A stretch of DNA of 64,000 nucleotides from a virus (taxonomy: Duplodnaviria > Caudoviricetes), in the IMG/VR virus record IMGVR_UViG_3300025892_000008, one strand, 5' to 3'. A program made the translations under genes and the position numbers. Of this stretch, positions 18,111 through 28,100 are shown piece by piece. Numbering within the stretch: position 1 is the stretch's first letter; every line of letters starts with the position of its first letter. The notes beneath the pieces were generated by a model. The model had not been told where the DNA came from. It did not search any database and was given only the letters and a program-made list of their open reading frames with translations.

Positions 18111-18566
18111 TTATTTAAAGAATTCGTTTAGTGGTATATTGTATTTAATCGGATCAATCTTATGGACCCCTAATATGTGAAGAACAAGACTTGAAACACT
18201 TGATCCTCTACCTACACCCCATACGATATCATTTTTTCTTAGTGTGTCTATTATATATTTTACCTGTTTTAGTAACATCGTAAGATTTCTATCTTCGAAT
18301 TCTTTCAGTTCAATCTTAGCTCTTTCTATATATTCGTCTGTTTTACACTGCATAATAACGAATTTTTCAATATCCATATCTTTATAACTGTCTGGCATAA
18401 ACCAATTATTTGTATTTAATTTAGATTTTGGCTTTGGATAGTCTAGGAATTCTGTTTCTATTCTTTCTAGATACAGACTAGCATCATCAATAACACAGTG
18501 TTCCAGTATTTCTGGCCCGTGTTTTTTAATACCTTGTATTACTTCTTTTATATTATTAGTCGACAT
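18111..18566 (-). CDS. dnaE: Stand-alone fragment of DNA polymerase III alpha (family C)
   Basis: GVGRGSSVSSLVLHILGVHKIDPIKYNIPLNEFF matches the DnaE GRGS...DP...ERF block; ORF ends before PDxDxD. Confidence 0.75.
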   Translation of the reverse strand: MSTNNIKEVIQGIKKHGPEILEHCVIDDASLYLERIETEFLDYPKPKSKLNTNNWFMPDSYKDMDIEKFVIMQCKTDEYIERAKIELKEFEDRNLTMLLKQVKYIIDTLRKNDIVWGVGRGSSVSSLVLHILGVHKIDPIKYNIPLNEFFK

Positions 18567-18792
18567 TTATAAGTTGATCCAAATCCTTATCTTCATCATT
18601 TGTTTTTACAGGTTGCATTGCTCTTCTGCGTAATTCATCTCTATATATTGTAACAAATGTTTGGAGTTGTGTCAACAGTTGTCCGTTGCCTAAACGTGCG
18701 GCTTGGGTATATTTTTTGCCCAATTCGGATATTTTCTGTGTTAATTCAGTTTCAGTAAGTTGTTTTGGGTCTTCTTGGAATGGGTGAAACAT
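18556..18792 (-). CDS. Hypothetical helical protein
   Basis: 78 aa, coupled to neighbours. Confidence 0.65.
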   Translation of the reverse strand: MFHPFQEDPKQLTETELTQKISELGKKYTQAARLGNGQLLTQLQTFVTIYRDELRRRAMQPVKTNDEDKDLDQLINVD

Positions 18793-19403
18793 TATGCAAA
18801 TGCGCCGATATATCTCATGTATATTACCGCAGTGCTGTGTCTAAATACTTCAACGATAATTGGATCAGTTGCTGAAGTTAATGTAAGTACTGGCGATCCG
18901 CTTGCATACCCTGGGAAATCTTTGCTTTTAATAATTGTACCACCTGAAGTTAAAAAGTTAACAGTTCTTGATGAACCATCACTATATAGTTCAAGTGTTA
19001 CTTTGCCCATACCGATCGGAGTGGCTTCTCCTGTATATACAGGATCTCCTGGAAAATTTAAGAAGTCTATGGAAATATTGCCACCTACTCTATAAATTTG
19101 GTAGTCGCCATTTTTGTAATCAATAGTAGTAGGTGAAGCATCAACTGCTCCTCCGTCAAATTTACCAATTCTATTATTAATTAAAACAGCATTTGAGATA
19201 TTGTTTAATTCAAAATCGTTTGCTTCATCCTTATACGCAGCATTTGTAAGGACATCTGTAAGTTCATCTTTAGCATTTCTAAGACTTGTTTTAATTGTGT
19301 CTGAATTATCTCTAAAAACTTGTGTATCATTATCCTGCCCAGCAACTGGGAAGTTTTCATTTATACTTAGATAGTTTATTAAACTGTTGTTCGATCTTGC
19401 CAC
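18792..19403 (-). CDS. Probable virion structural protein
   Basis: NFPVAGQDNDTQVFRDN motif; GTG start with GGAG; TAAATA at 19431-19436. Confidence 0.6.
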   Translation of the reverse strand: MARSNNSLINYLSINENFPVAGQDNDTQVFRDNSDTIKTSLRNAKDELTDVLTNAAYKDEANDFELNNISNAVLINNRIGKFDGGAVDASPTTIDYKNGDYQIYRVGGNISIDFLNFPGDPVYTGEATPIGMGKVTLELYSDGSSRTVNFLTSGGTIIKSKDFPGYASGSPVLTLTSATDPIIVEVFRHSTAVIYMRYIGAFA

Positions 19404-19448
19404 GTTATTATCTCCGTTGTATTCAGTATGTATTTATCATATTACAAA

Positions 19449-21983
19449 CTAGCTCGGAATATTTTTCTGAGCAAAGGGTTTATCTTCAGTAGATTTATGT
19501 GCTAAATTAGCATGATTTGTAATTTTATCTTGCGGAAACTGTATATAAGTATCCTGTATTTCTCCGTTTAGTATATCAATAATGTATCTATCAGCAGTAA
19601 AATCTATGGTTTTAAAGTCAAATGCACTTGATTTAATTCTACTTATTACTGTATCTGCTCTGTTAGGTTTAGTATAACAAATAACAAGTGCTTTTGTGAA
19701 ACCAAGTTCATACGTACTTGTTTGCTGTATACTTCTCATCCATAAAGGTAAAAATTCTCTATCTCTTTCTCCTATAGCAGATAATCTTTTTCTCATATTT
19801 TTGACTGAATTAGGAAATACTCGTTGCAAATCTGCATCACTCGCATATGGAATATCACTATCTATAGTAATATTGTCATAACTTACAAGAACTTTGCTAT
19901 TGCTGTTATTTGGTAAATTAATTTCATCTGATATACTTTTACCATTTTTTTCGTAATCATCAACTAGATCAACATATACTACTTCATATAGTACTTTTTG
20001 TGTAATTGGGTCTTTGGCTTGGGCTTTCTTTATTGCTCCAAACGTAAATCTTTTATTATAATGGTTTCTACTTAATGCTTGTACTACTGTTGTAGCAGCA
20101 GTGCTTTCTATACCTGCAAAAATTAAACTTTTAATTTCAGTCTGGACACCAAAATTAGTATCACCGTATCTATATATATCGTTAGAAGGAAAAATAGTTG
20201 CGTCAGTTATAAAGTTAAACCATGAAAGTCTTTTATTTTTATTTTGAAACGCTTTAACAAAAATATTAGCAAAAGACTTTTGACTGTCTGCAACAACCTT
20301 TACTGTAAATTTTCTTGTATCTTTTGCCAACCCAGATGAATCAGATGCTTGTACACTAAATGTATATAATTTATCATATGTGGTACCGATACCATCAAAG
20401 GTAGTATTGTACGTAATAGTTCCTGTTGAATCAACTGCACTACTATCTCTATCAAAAAATCTAGTCAACCCTTCTTGATCACTATCTGAAAACTGTGTTA
20501 CTTTGCCTGTAATGTTTCCATTGGATAAGAAAACTAATCCTGGAGGTAACTCACCTGATGTAATACTATAACTAACTCTTCCACCATACAAAAGACTTGT
20601 TGCTTCTACTGCTAATTTACTAGGCTGATTGGGTTTAATAATTCCTAAGTCTGTACCTGTAATCCATTCGATAGAACTTTCTATTTCACCTATTAAATCT
20701 ACAGTGAAAGTTTTATCTGATGTTCCTACACCTAATTCCCAATAAGAACTATTTGCTTCATCTGGTAATTGGTTAATGTTAGATTCTTTACATACATAAA
20801 CAAAACCGTTATATCTAACTGCTTCGTTTGCTTCATAGAATCTTATCGAACTCCAGTCACCTACAAGCGTGTAATCTTGTTGTGCTATACTTGCAGGAAA
20901 ATTAACTGCTTTCATAGTAAATTGATAAGTTGTAGTTACAGCAGCCTGGTATGGAACTTTGCCTGCTAGTTCACCTGTAGTTGTATCTATAGTAAGTCCT
21001 GGCGGCAATGTACTAGGAGTTCCATCAGGATTATTGTCTACTATAAAATAACTGATTACTCCAGACAGTGTTGGTGGATCGTATACATCAAGGAATAATG
21101 TTATGTAATTATTTGCTCTATATCTACCAAGATATGAATCTGTAATCCATAACGGAACTCTATCACTTGTTGTATCTGCTTGAAATAGATTAGTATCAAC
21201 TTGTACTAATGTATTATCTGCTTTTAAAAATTCTTCTGATACTACATATATTTTAAATATTCTGTTTACAGCATTCAATCCATCTGTAATTGCAATACCG
21301 AATGTATAAATCCTACTTAATTTTTTAGGAACAATTCCTTGCTCACCGTAGTCGTAATATTGATTATCATAAAAGAATGAATCAAAACCTAAACTATTAT
21401 TCTTTGCAATGTCTAGAGGTGCTGTATCGAATGAAGCAGTATCGTATGCTCCAGTAATTGATGTAGCATAGTCTATTGCAGGTATTGGCTGTGTAAAGCC
21501 ACTTATACGTCCTGTCTTAGAAATTTTTAATCCATAAGGTAATATTCCGCTATTAGGTACCAAATAATATTCTAAGTTCTCACCTGCTACAGCATCATTA
21601 TCCGTTGCTTCTAATTGGAAGTCTACCTGGGCATCATCCATAATAAAATAAGCCTGACCAGGTCCTACGTTTAAAAATCCTTCTTTGGTAATCCATTCAG
21701 GAATATCTGCACCAGTTACGCTTATTTTAAATGTTCTATCTTTTTCTTTATCGTTATCGTCTGCACGAATAACAAATCTGTATTCTGTAAATTTTGTTAC
21801 TTCAGCAGGTGACCCTTTTATAACATTTCCTGATATTATCATACCACGAGGAAGTTCACCTGCGATTACAGAATATTGAATTGGATTGCTAGTATCTGTT
21901 GTTGCTTCTATAGAGACTGAGGTAATAATTCTTTCTTCAAGTGTTCCTAGGTCTCCTGCTGGCGTTGTCCATGTCACTGCCAT
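19449..21983 (-). CDS. Baseplate-associated protein with Ig/cadherin-like repeats
   Basis: Repeated YS(V/I)..GELP.G(L/M)......G.I.G modules; 844 aa. Confidence 0.65.
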   Translation of the reverse strand: MAVTWTTPAGDLGTLEERIITSVSIEATTDTSNPIQYSVIAGELPRGMIISGNVIKGSPAEVTKFTEYRFVIRADDNDKEKDRTFKISVTGADIPEWITKEGFLNVGPGQAYFIMDDAQVDFQLEATDNDAVAGENLEYYLVPNSGILPYGLKISKTGRISGFTQPIPAIDYATSITGAYDTASFDTAPLDIAKNNSLGFDSFFYDNQYYDYGEQGIVPKKLSRIYTFGIAITDGLNAVNRIFKIYVVSEEFLKADNTLVQVDTNLFQADTTSDRVPLWITDSYLGRYRANNYITLFLDVYDPPTLSGVISYFIVDNNPDGTPSTLPPGLTIDTTTGELAGKVPYQAAVTTTYQFTMKAVNFPASIAQQDYTLVGDWSSIRFYEANEAVRYNGFVYVCKESNINQLPDEANSSYWELGVGTSDKTFTVDLIGEIESSIEWITGTDLGIIKPNQPSKLAVEATSLLYGGRVSYSITSGELPPGLVFLSNGNITGKVTQFSDSDQEGLTRFFDRDSSAVDSTGTITYNTTFDGIGTTYDKLYTFSVQASDSSGLAKDTRKFTVKVVADSQKSFANIFVKAFQNKNKRLSWFNFITDATIFPSNDIYRYGDTNFGVQTEIKSLIFAGIESTAATTVVQALSRNHYNKRFTFGAIKKAQAKDPITQKVLYEVVYVDLVDDYEKNGKSISDEINLPNNSNSKVLVSYDNITIDSDIPYASDADLQRVFPNSVKNMRKRLSAIGERDREFLPLWMRSIQQTSTYELGFTKALVICYTKPNRADTVISRIKSSAFDFKTIDFTADRYIIDILNGEIQDTYIQFPQDKITNHANLAHKSTEDKPFAQKNIPS

Positions 21984-21997
21984 TTGTGGTTATCCTC

Positions 21998-22573
21998 CTA
22001 GGTTAGATCGCCACAGTCGAGGTCGATATCTGATGTAAATGTTAGTGTTCCAAAATCTATATTTGCTGTCTGCATTGCTAACTGTATTGCGTTTTGATAT
22101 ACTCCATTGATTGAACCAAAATCATAAGTTTGCAAATATTCAGTTACAGGAATTACTGTTTTAAAATTGACAGAACTTCCAGACGTCGTTACTTCTATAT
22201 CTTTTAAACCGGTTTCTGAACCTGGTGCTGCTATTCCTTGTAGTGTGATTTGTTCGTGAGTTGACGCTAACATGCTACCGCTATCAGTGTCAAATCTTAT
22301 AAACGCATCTTCCTGTGTAGTGTTAACAGTAAGAAAATCTGCAGATTCTTCAATTAATATTTTAGTTCCACTTACAAGAGATTTAAATTGTAAATCGTTA
22401 TTTAATTTCTGTTTAAATACACCTGCACCTAACCCACTGTTTGACGCTGTTATAGTAAGCCCTGTATTAAGTTCAGAAAAGTTAGCATTTACCTTTAGAA
22501 ACGCTGTTCTTAGATCATCACCTAATCCGTCGTTTACTAAATTTCCTACATTAATTGTTTGTATTGTTGCCAT
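21998..22573 (-). CDS. Structural protein with T4 gp9/gp10-like N-terminal motif
   Basis: INVGNLVNDGLGDDLRTAFLKVNANF. Confidence 0.65.
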   Translation of the reverse strand: MATIQTINVGNLVNDGLGDDLRTAFLKVNANFSELNTGLTITASNSGLGAGVFKQKLNNDLQFKSLVSGTKILIEESADFLTVNTTQEDAFIRFDTDSGSMLASTHEQITLQGIAAPGSETGLKDIEVTTSGSSVNFKTVIPVTEYLQTYDFGSINGVYQNAIQLAMQTANIDFGTLTFTSDIDLDCGDLT

Positions 22574-22594
22574 TTTTCTTTCCTATATGTATAT

Positions 22595-22849
22595 TTAGTG
22601 GAGATCCGCCCACCCTGCTGTGCTATCATTATTAGCATCTGCAGCATAACCTTGAAACTTTCCTGATGTTGTATTATAAACCATCATACCAAAAACTGGT
22701 GTAAGAGCATCTATCTCAGTCTGTGTAAGTTGCGGTGGACCAATATATACTTCATCAAAGTTTTGATTGATTTTGTTAAAGGCAGTACGTAGATTATCGC
22801 CTGTTCTATCGTTTGCACTAGAGCCAATGTTTACTGTAAGTTTTGCCAT
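22595..22849 (-). CDS. Mini structural protein with gp9/gp10-like N-terminal motif
   Basis: VNIGSSANDRTGDNLRTAFNKINQNF. Confidence 0.65.
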   Translation of the reverse strand: MAKLTVNIGSSANDRTGDNLRTAFNKINQNFDEVYIGPPQLTQTEIDALTPVFGMMVYNTTSGKFQGYAADANNDSTAGWADLH

Positions 22850-22859
22850 TTATCCGCTC

Positions 22860-25154
22860 CTATACCCAACCGCCGATTGCAATTTTGCCCCAGCCCGTAC
22901 TCTTGCGGACATAGACATAACTGTCATCAACTCTAATTTCACCTATAGGTGCTACTTCTGTTTCTGAAGCCGGAGCCGCTGCACCTGGTGCAATAGTTCC
23001 TAACACTGTTCCTGATTCATTAATAACTACAGATGAGTCATCACTAAACACACTTCCGATAAGTTCACCTACGTGTGTTCCTCTAAGAACTCCATCTACA
23101 CCATCAACTAATTGTGTACTATTATCTGCAAATACTGAACCTGTTATATCACCTGTAAAGTTAAATTCAGGATTCGCTGTATGTGTTATCTCTCCTGACG
23201 AAGCATCGTACATCAACATAGTTGTACCAACTGCACTTCTAATTGGTTTAACTACAAATGTATCTGCTCCAGCCTCAGTTAAAATATTGCCAGTTGCGTT
23301 AATTACAATTGAGTTTGCTGCTTGGTTTGAATAGCCTGCTTGATAACCAATTGCTATTGCACTTGCACCTTGAGTTGTATAACCGGCGCTGTTTCCAAGT
23401 GCTGTTGCTTGAGTGCCTTGAGTAAAACTTCCTGCGCCGTACCCAACTGCCACTGCGTTGTCACCTTGATTGTCATAACCTGCTGTTTTACCAAGTGCTA
23501 CTGCTGAATCGCCTTGATTGTCATAACCTGCTGCGGTGCCAAGTGCTACTGCTGAATCGCTTTGATATCTGCTACCTGCCCGCTTACCAATTGCTACTGA
23601 TTCTGCGCCTTGAACTACTTCGCCTGCTTCAGATCCAACTGCTACTGCATCATCACCTTGCGTACTTTTACCTGCTTCTTTACCAATTGCTATTGCTTCT
23701 ATGCCTTGAGTAGTTCGACCTGCACTACTACCAAGTGCAACTGACCCAGCGGCTTGTGCGTTATTACCTGCTTGATTACCTATTGCTACTGAACTATTTT
23801 CTTGATCTGTTTGACCTGCTAGATATCCAAGTGCAATAGTTGGATTAGTTGTTCTTAAATTATATGTTTCTACTGGGCCAATGATCTTAGCATCTACAGC
23901 ATCTACTAGCACTGTTGAATCATCAGCAAACACACTACCTGTAATATCTGATTGTCCACTAAACGCAATGTTTAATGTTTGTGTTCCACTGTTTCCAGTA
24001 AGAACAATACCGTTTCCTTCTTCTACAACTAATGTACCTGCTATACTAGGAGCAGCCAAGAATGTTCCTTTTACATCTACAGTTCTATATGCATTACCAG
24101 CCGGAGAAGCATTTGTAATTGTTACAATACCAGTTGCTGCATCAGTAAATACCGTTAAAGCAGCACTACCAGGTTGTATTTCTAGTACACCTGCGTTTGT
24201 TATTTTTACATTATCTCCAGTGCTATTATCAATATTAATACCAGCGCCTGCTGCTCTACCACTAGGTAATGCTGTTGTGCTTTGTATACTTCGAACACCA
24301 GTGTTAGTTACTGTAACATTTCCTGTTGCAGAGCTAATACCTAAACCTAGTCCTGCTGTTAATTGTGTAACACCTGTGTTTGTAATTGTAATACTTTCAG
24401 CAGCACTATCCACTGCCATTGAAATTGCAGTTCCACTTATTAAATTTAATGTATCAACAAAGTCATCTGCTACTACTTGGTTTCCACTATCAACTTGTAC
24501 ACTTTTGAAAAATGTTTGATCTGGATTAATTATTAATGAACCGTTTACAGTTGAACCTAACGGTAAATCAATTATACCTCCAGGCTTACCTTTTATTTGT
24601 GCTGAACCTAACCAAACACCATTAAATGCATTTGCATCATTGTCAGAATGTTCACCTGTATATAAAGACTTCCACGGTTTAGTAACACTACCTAAGTTAA
24701 ATGTTGCAACACTATTAGGTGAAACATTCGTATTTAAATTTTCGAAATCCAAAGAATTGTATTCTGAAAATGCTTGGAAAATTCCACCACCTGAAGCATA
24801 TGCATCATATGTTGTGCCGTTTACTGATGTAGTTAAATTTTCGTCAGTATATAAATGAAAGGAAAATAAATCTATTAATTTTGCAAAAAAGTTTTGATTA
24901 TCTAATTGACTTATACCAGTGCTTGTTATGAATAATTTTTGACCATCGACTAACTCATGTTTGCTTGTAGCAACAACTCTAACAGGATTACTTTCTGAAG
25001 TTCCTGATTCAACATGGGCTATATCCTGATCACCTCCTCTCGAAAGTGTTGCGCCTATGATAGTAAAGTTTTCATTTACTTTTTCAAATGCTTCTTTTAC
25101 TCTGCTCCACACAATTGGTGGATTACCTGGATTAATATTACTATTGTATGCCAT
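22860..25154 (-). CDS. Tail fibre/adhesin with YadA-head-like repeats
   Basis: About ten 16-aa Q-x-x-x-(S/A)-(V/I)-A-(I/L/V)-G-x-x-A-G repeats; two GSVF(A/S)D.S blocks near the C-terminus. Confidence 0.7.
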   Translation of the reverse strand: MAYNSNINPGNPPIVWSRVKEAFEKVNENFTIIGATLSRGGDQDIAHVESGTSESNPVRVVATSKHELVDGQKLFITSTGISQLDNQNFFAKLIDLFSFHLYTDENLTTSVNGTTYDAYASGGGIFQAFSEYNSLDFENLNTNVSPNSVATFNLGSVTKPWKSLYTGEHSDNDANAFNGVWLGSAQIKGKPGGIIDLPLGSTVNGSLIINPDQTFFKSVQVDSGNQVVADDFVDTLNLISGTAISMAVDSAAESITITNTGVTQLTAGLGLGISSATGNVTVTNTGVRSIQSTTALPSGRAAGAGINIDNSTGDNVKITNAGVLEIQPGSAALTVFTDAATGIVTITNASPAGNAYRTVDVKGTFLAAPSIAGTLVVEEGNGIVLTGNSGTQTLNIAFSGQSDITGSVFADDSTVLVDAVDAKIIGPVETYNLRTTNPTIALGYLAGQTDQENSSVAIGNQAGNNAQAAGSVALGSSAGRTTQGIEAIAIGKEAGKSTQGDDAVAVGSEAGEVVQGAESVAIGKRAGSRYQSDSAVALGTAAGYDNQGDSAVALGKTAGYDNQGDNAVAVGYGAGSFTQGTQATALGNSAGYTTQGASAIAIGYQAGYSNQAANSIVINATGNILTEAGADTFVVKPIRSAVGTTMLMYDASSGEITHTANPEFNFTGDITGSVFADNSTQLVDGVDGVLRGTHVGELIGSVFSDDSSVVINESGTVLGTIAPGAAAPASETEVAPIGEIRVDDSYVYVRKSTGWGKIAIGGWV
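23320..23830 (-). repeat. 48-nt period coding tandem repeat
   Basis: ccttgattgtcataacctgctg at 23464 and 23512; ccaagtgctactgctgaatcgc also repeated; boundaries approximate. Confidence 0.8.
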
Positions 25155-28100
25155 TATGATCTACCCACCGCTATTTCAATTGTTCCTATATGATCACTAT
25201 CGTAATCCTCAATTGCTTTACCAACAATTGTTCCTACTTTAGGATCTTCACTTACTGTTGCTACACCATGTATTCCTGCTGTAACTAATATATCACCTTT
25301 CTTAATTTTTCCTACAACTTTGCAAGGTACTCTACCAACAAGTGCTACTAGGTTTTTATGTCCTGGGCATGCTGTATACATAACATATGCTGCTGTATTT
25401 GATACAACACCTGCTATTCTCTTATCTGTGCCTGTGTTCGAAGTTGTAACTTCCTTGTCACCACCAAATACTAACACTGTTCCGACTTCGTATTCCTTGT
25501 CACCTTCGTAGTATTCTGCAACGTCTGCTGAGTATGTTGCTTCAAGTCTAGATTCATTAGGTGAACTTCCTGTAAGACTCCATCTACCTGTAATTGTACC
25601 AGCAGTAGTATTGCCGCCTGTTGTTAAACTGCTTACTTGAATGCTTGATGCAATAATAGGAGCATTTGCTAAACCATTTTGAGTTCTAAATGTGTGGTTA
25701 TCATTATCATAAAAGTTTGATTTGTCTGATGCAAGTGTGCCGTCTTGTAAGAAAATTCCGCCGCCACCTCCGCCGCCAGTGCCGCCAAACGTATGCAATC
25801 TAATAAATCCACCTGACCCAGATGTTCCAGAATCAACTGCTTCAAAGCCGTCAATGTTATACTGTGCTACGTCAATTATTCTACCACCGAAGTCACCGTT
25901 ACTATCTCTAATTATAAGTTTGCCTGCTTCGACTGTACTACTATCACCTGCTGCATAGTCAATAATACCGTAATCACTATCAGAAGTTCCTGAACTTGCA
26001 TTTGTTCTAGCAAGTAAACCTACACTACCAAACTGTGATTTCTTAACAGAACCACCTGCATCTACAATTGTTGTAAATGGAATATCTGCAACGTCACCAG
26101 GTGTTAGTGCATCATTACCTAACACACTCTGTGCAGCAACTTGTGCTAGTGCTGACTTAGGTGTACCGTTGTCTTTTAGTTGTACCCAACCGTCAGTTAC
26201 AGTAAATTCTGTACTACTGAAACTTGCTAAACCACTGCGTGCTTGTTTGACTGCTGCTGTTCCTGTTGGTGCATTTACATCAGTACCTGCTAATTGCATT
26301 AATAATTTACTTTGAGCAATGTCAGCAGTTGCATTAACGTCTGCATCTAAAATTACATTAGGATTAAGTTGCGCATCAATTGAGTTTGCTGTTGAATCAA
26401 TATCTAAACTTATATCACCTACAACTGTAACGTTTACAGCATCTCTATCATTACCTGTAAACACAAGTAATTGGTTTGCTGCTAAATCTGTAAATGTAAA
26501 GTTTTGTAGGTTATCAAAAGTAAAACTTCTCAAGTTCATTGCATCTTGAGGGTTAACTGGATTGGCAATATTTACAATTTTGTTTTGATTAAGATCCATG
26601 TTGGCTTTCATAGCCTGTTGACCACTTAGGTCCATAAATCCACCAGTAACACTAGGTATTAAATTAGCATCAATAACCTTAGCACCACTGTGCGAGATAC
26701 CTAATCTTCTTTCAATGTAAAGTCTTGCAGCATTCTCTGTAGGAACAGTATCAACTGCGTTATCTGAGAATGAACTATCTGTTGAGAATTCCGAAACTGG
26801 AACACCTCGTTTGAATCCAATACCGTCCAAGTTACTCAAAGCAATCGCTGCTGAGAATGTCACACGTCCTGTTCCTTGGTCAACTTTAAAGAAAGGTCCT
26901 ACGTTAAAGTTACCAAACTGGTCAGTGGTTACATAGAACACACGTCCCACAGTACGTTCTTGTGTTTCATTATCTGCGTTTAATGCATTAACTGCTGGAC
27001 CATAAATTTCGTTTGGATAGTTTGTATCTGCATACGAACCACTACCAATTTCAAGTAAGTCATGTCCAGTTACACGAGTTAATGAAATTCTAATAGTTAA
27101 GTTACCATAACTGTTTAAACTCCTAGTTGGAACTGCACTTCGTATTGTGTAAGATCCTTCAAATTCTATTATACTATCTTCTAGTGGTCTATTAAGAGTT
27201 ATTCTAGCATAGTTATCGTTAAGATCGTCTTCTGATTCATACTGGCTAACAATATATTCTTCACCTTTGAATACAAATCTTGAATTAGCAACCCGCGCTC
27301 GCTCTTGAGGAGCAACCGGAACAACACTAATCGTTGAATCACCTGCTCTACCTAATACTTTTGCAAAAGTCTGTGTTCCACTTTGTGTACCTGAAGTATC
27401 AACTTCTACTGAACTTGCAAGTGCAGGTGGTGTAGTTGTTACAGTAAATTGTACAGAACTAGCACCTAAACTATCTTTATTGTTATTGGATACAAAATAG
27501 TGTAGACTTTCGTTTAAACCAGTTGGTAATGATCCTGTTGTTTTTAATCTAATTACATCACCAACTGCAAATCCATGCGGTGATGCAGTTGTGAATACTG
27601 CTGGTGCTGCAACACTAATACTAGTAAGCCCTGTAAATGCTCCAGGAACCACAGGATTTGCACCAGTTGTGCCAACACTTTCACTAGGTTGATATACAGT
27701 TAAATCAATGTAATCATAGTTTTCTCTAAGCGTAGTCTTTGTAATACCATCTGCTATTGCAGTTATATCTCCAGAACCAGCACCTGTTACTTCTAGTGCA
27801 GCACTAGTTTTACTTGTACCAATTTCAAAAGTTGTAGATGTTAAATTTGTTTCTAGTACAAAATATGTAATACCAGCAGTAATTCCTGTTGGTAATGTTC
27901 CAGTCGAAGCAAATGTTAGTCTATAGTCTGCTAACTGTTTGTGAGCAATAACATTTACTAAACTTAATCCTGATCCATTAGTTAAGCCTCCAAGTAATGT
28001 ACCGCCTAATGACGTAGTAAGTTGTATTGTATTATAAGTAGGAACATCAAATACATAATAAGTTGTTGATGCTGTTAATCCGTTTGCTGTAGTCTTAGGA

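Noticed and set aside
18111-18566. dnaE fragment as a pseudogene or intein-split gene
   Set aside because: Clean ORF coupled to its neighbours, no adjacent remnant, and no intein terminal motifs visible; kept as a split-gene hypothesis instead
23320-23830. 48-nt periodic repeats as a possible CRISPR array
   Set aside because: In-frame coding repeats with degenerate third positions; no repeat-spacer structure and no cas genes
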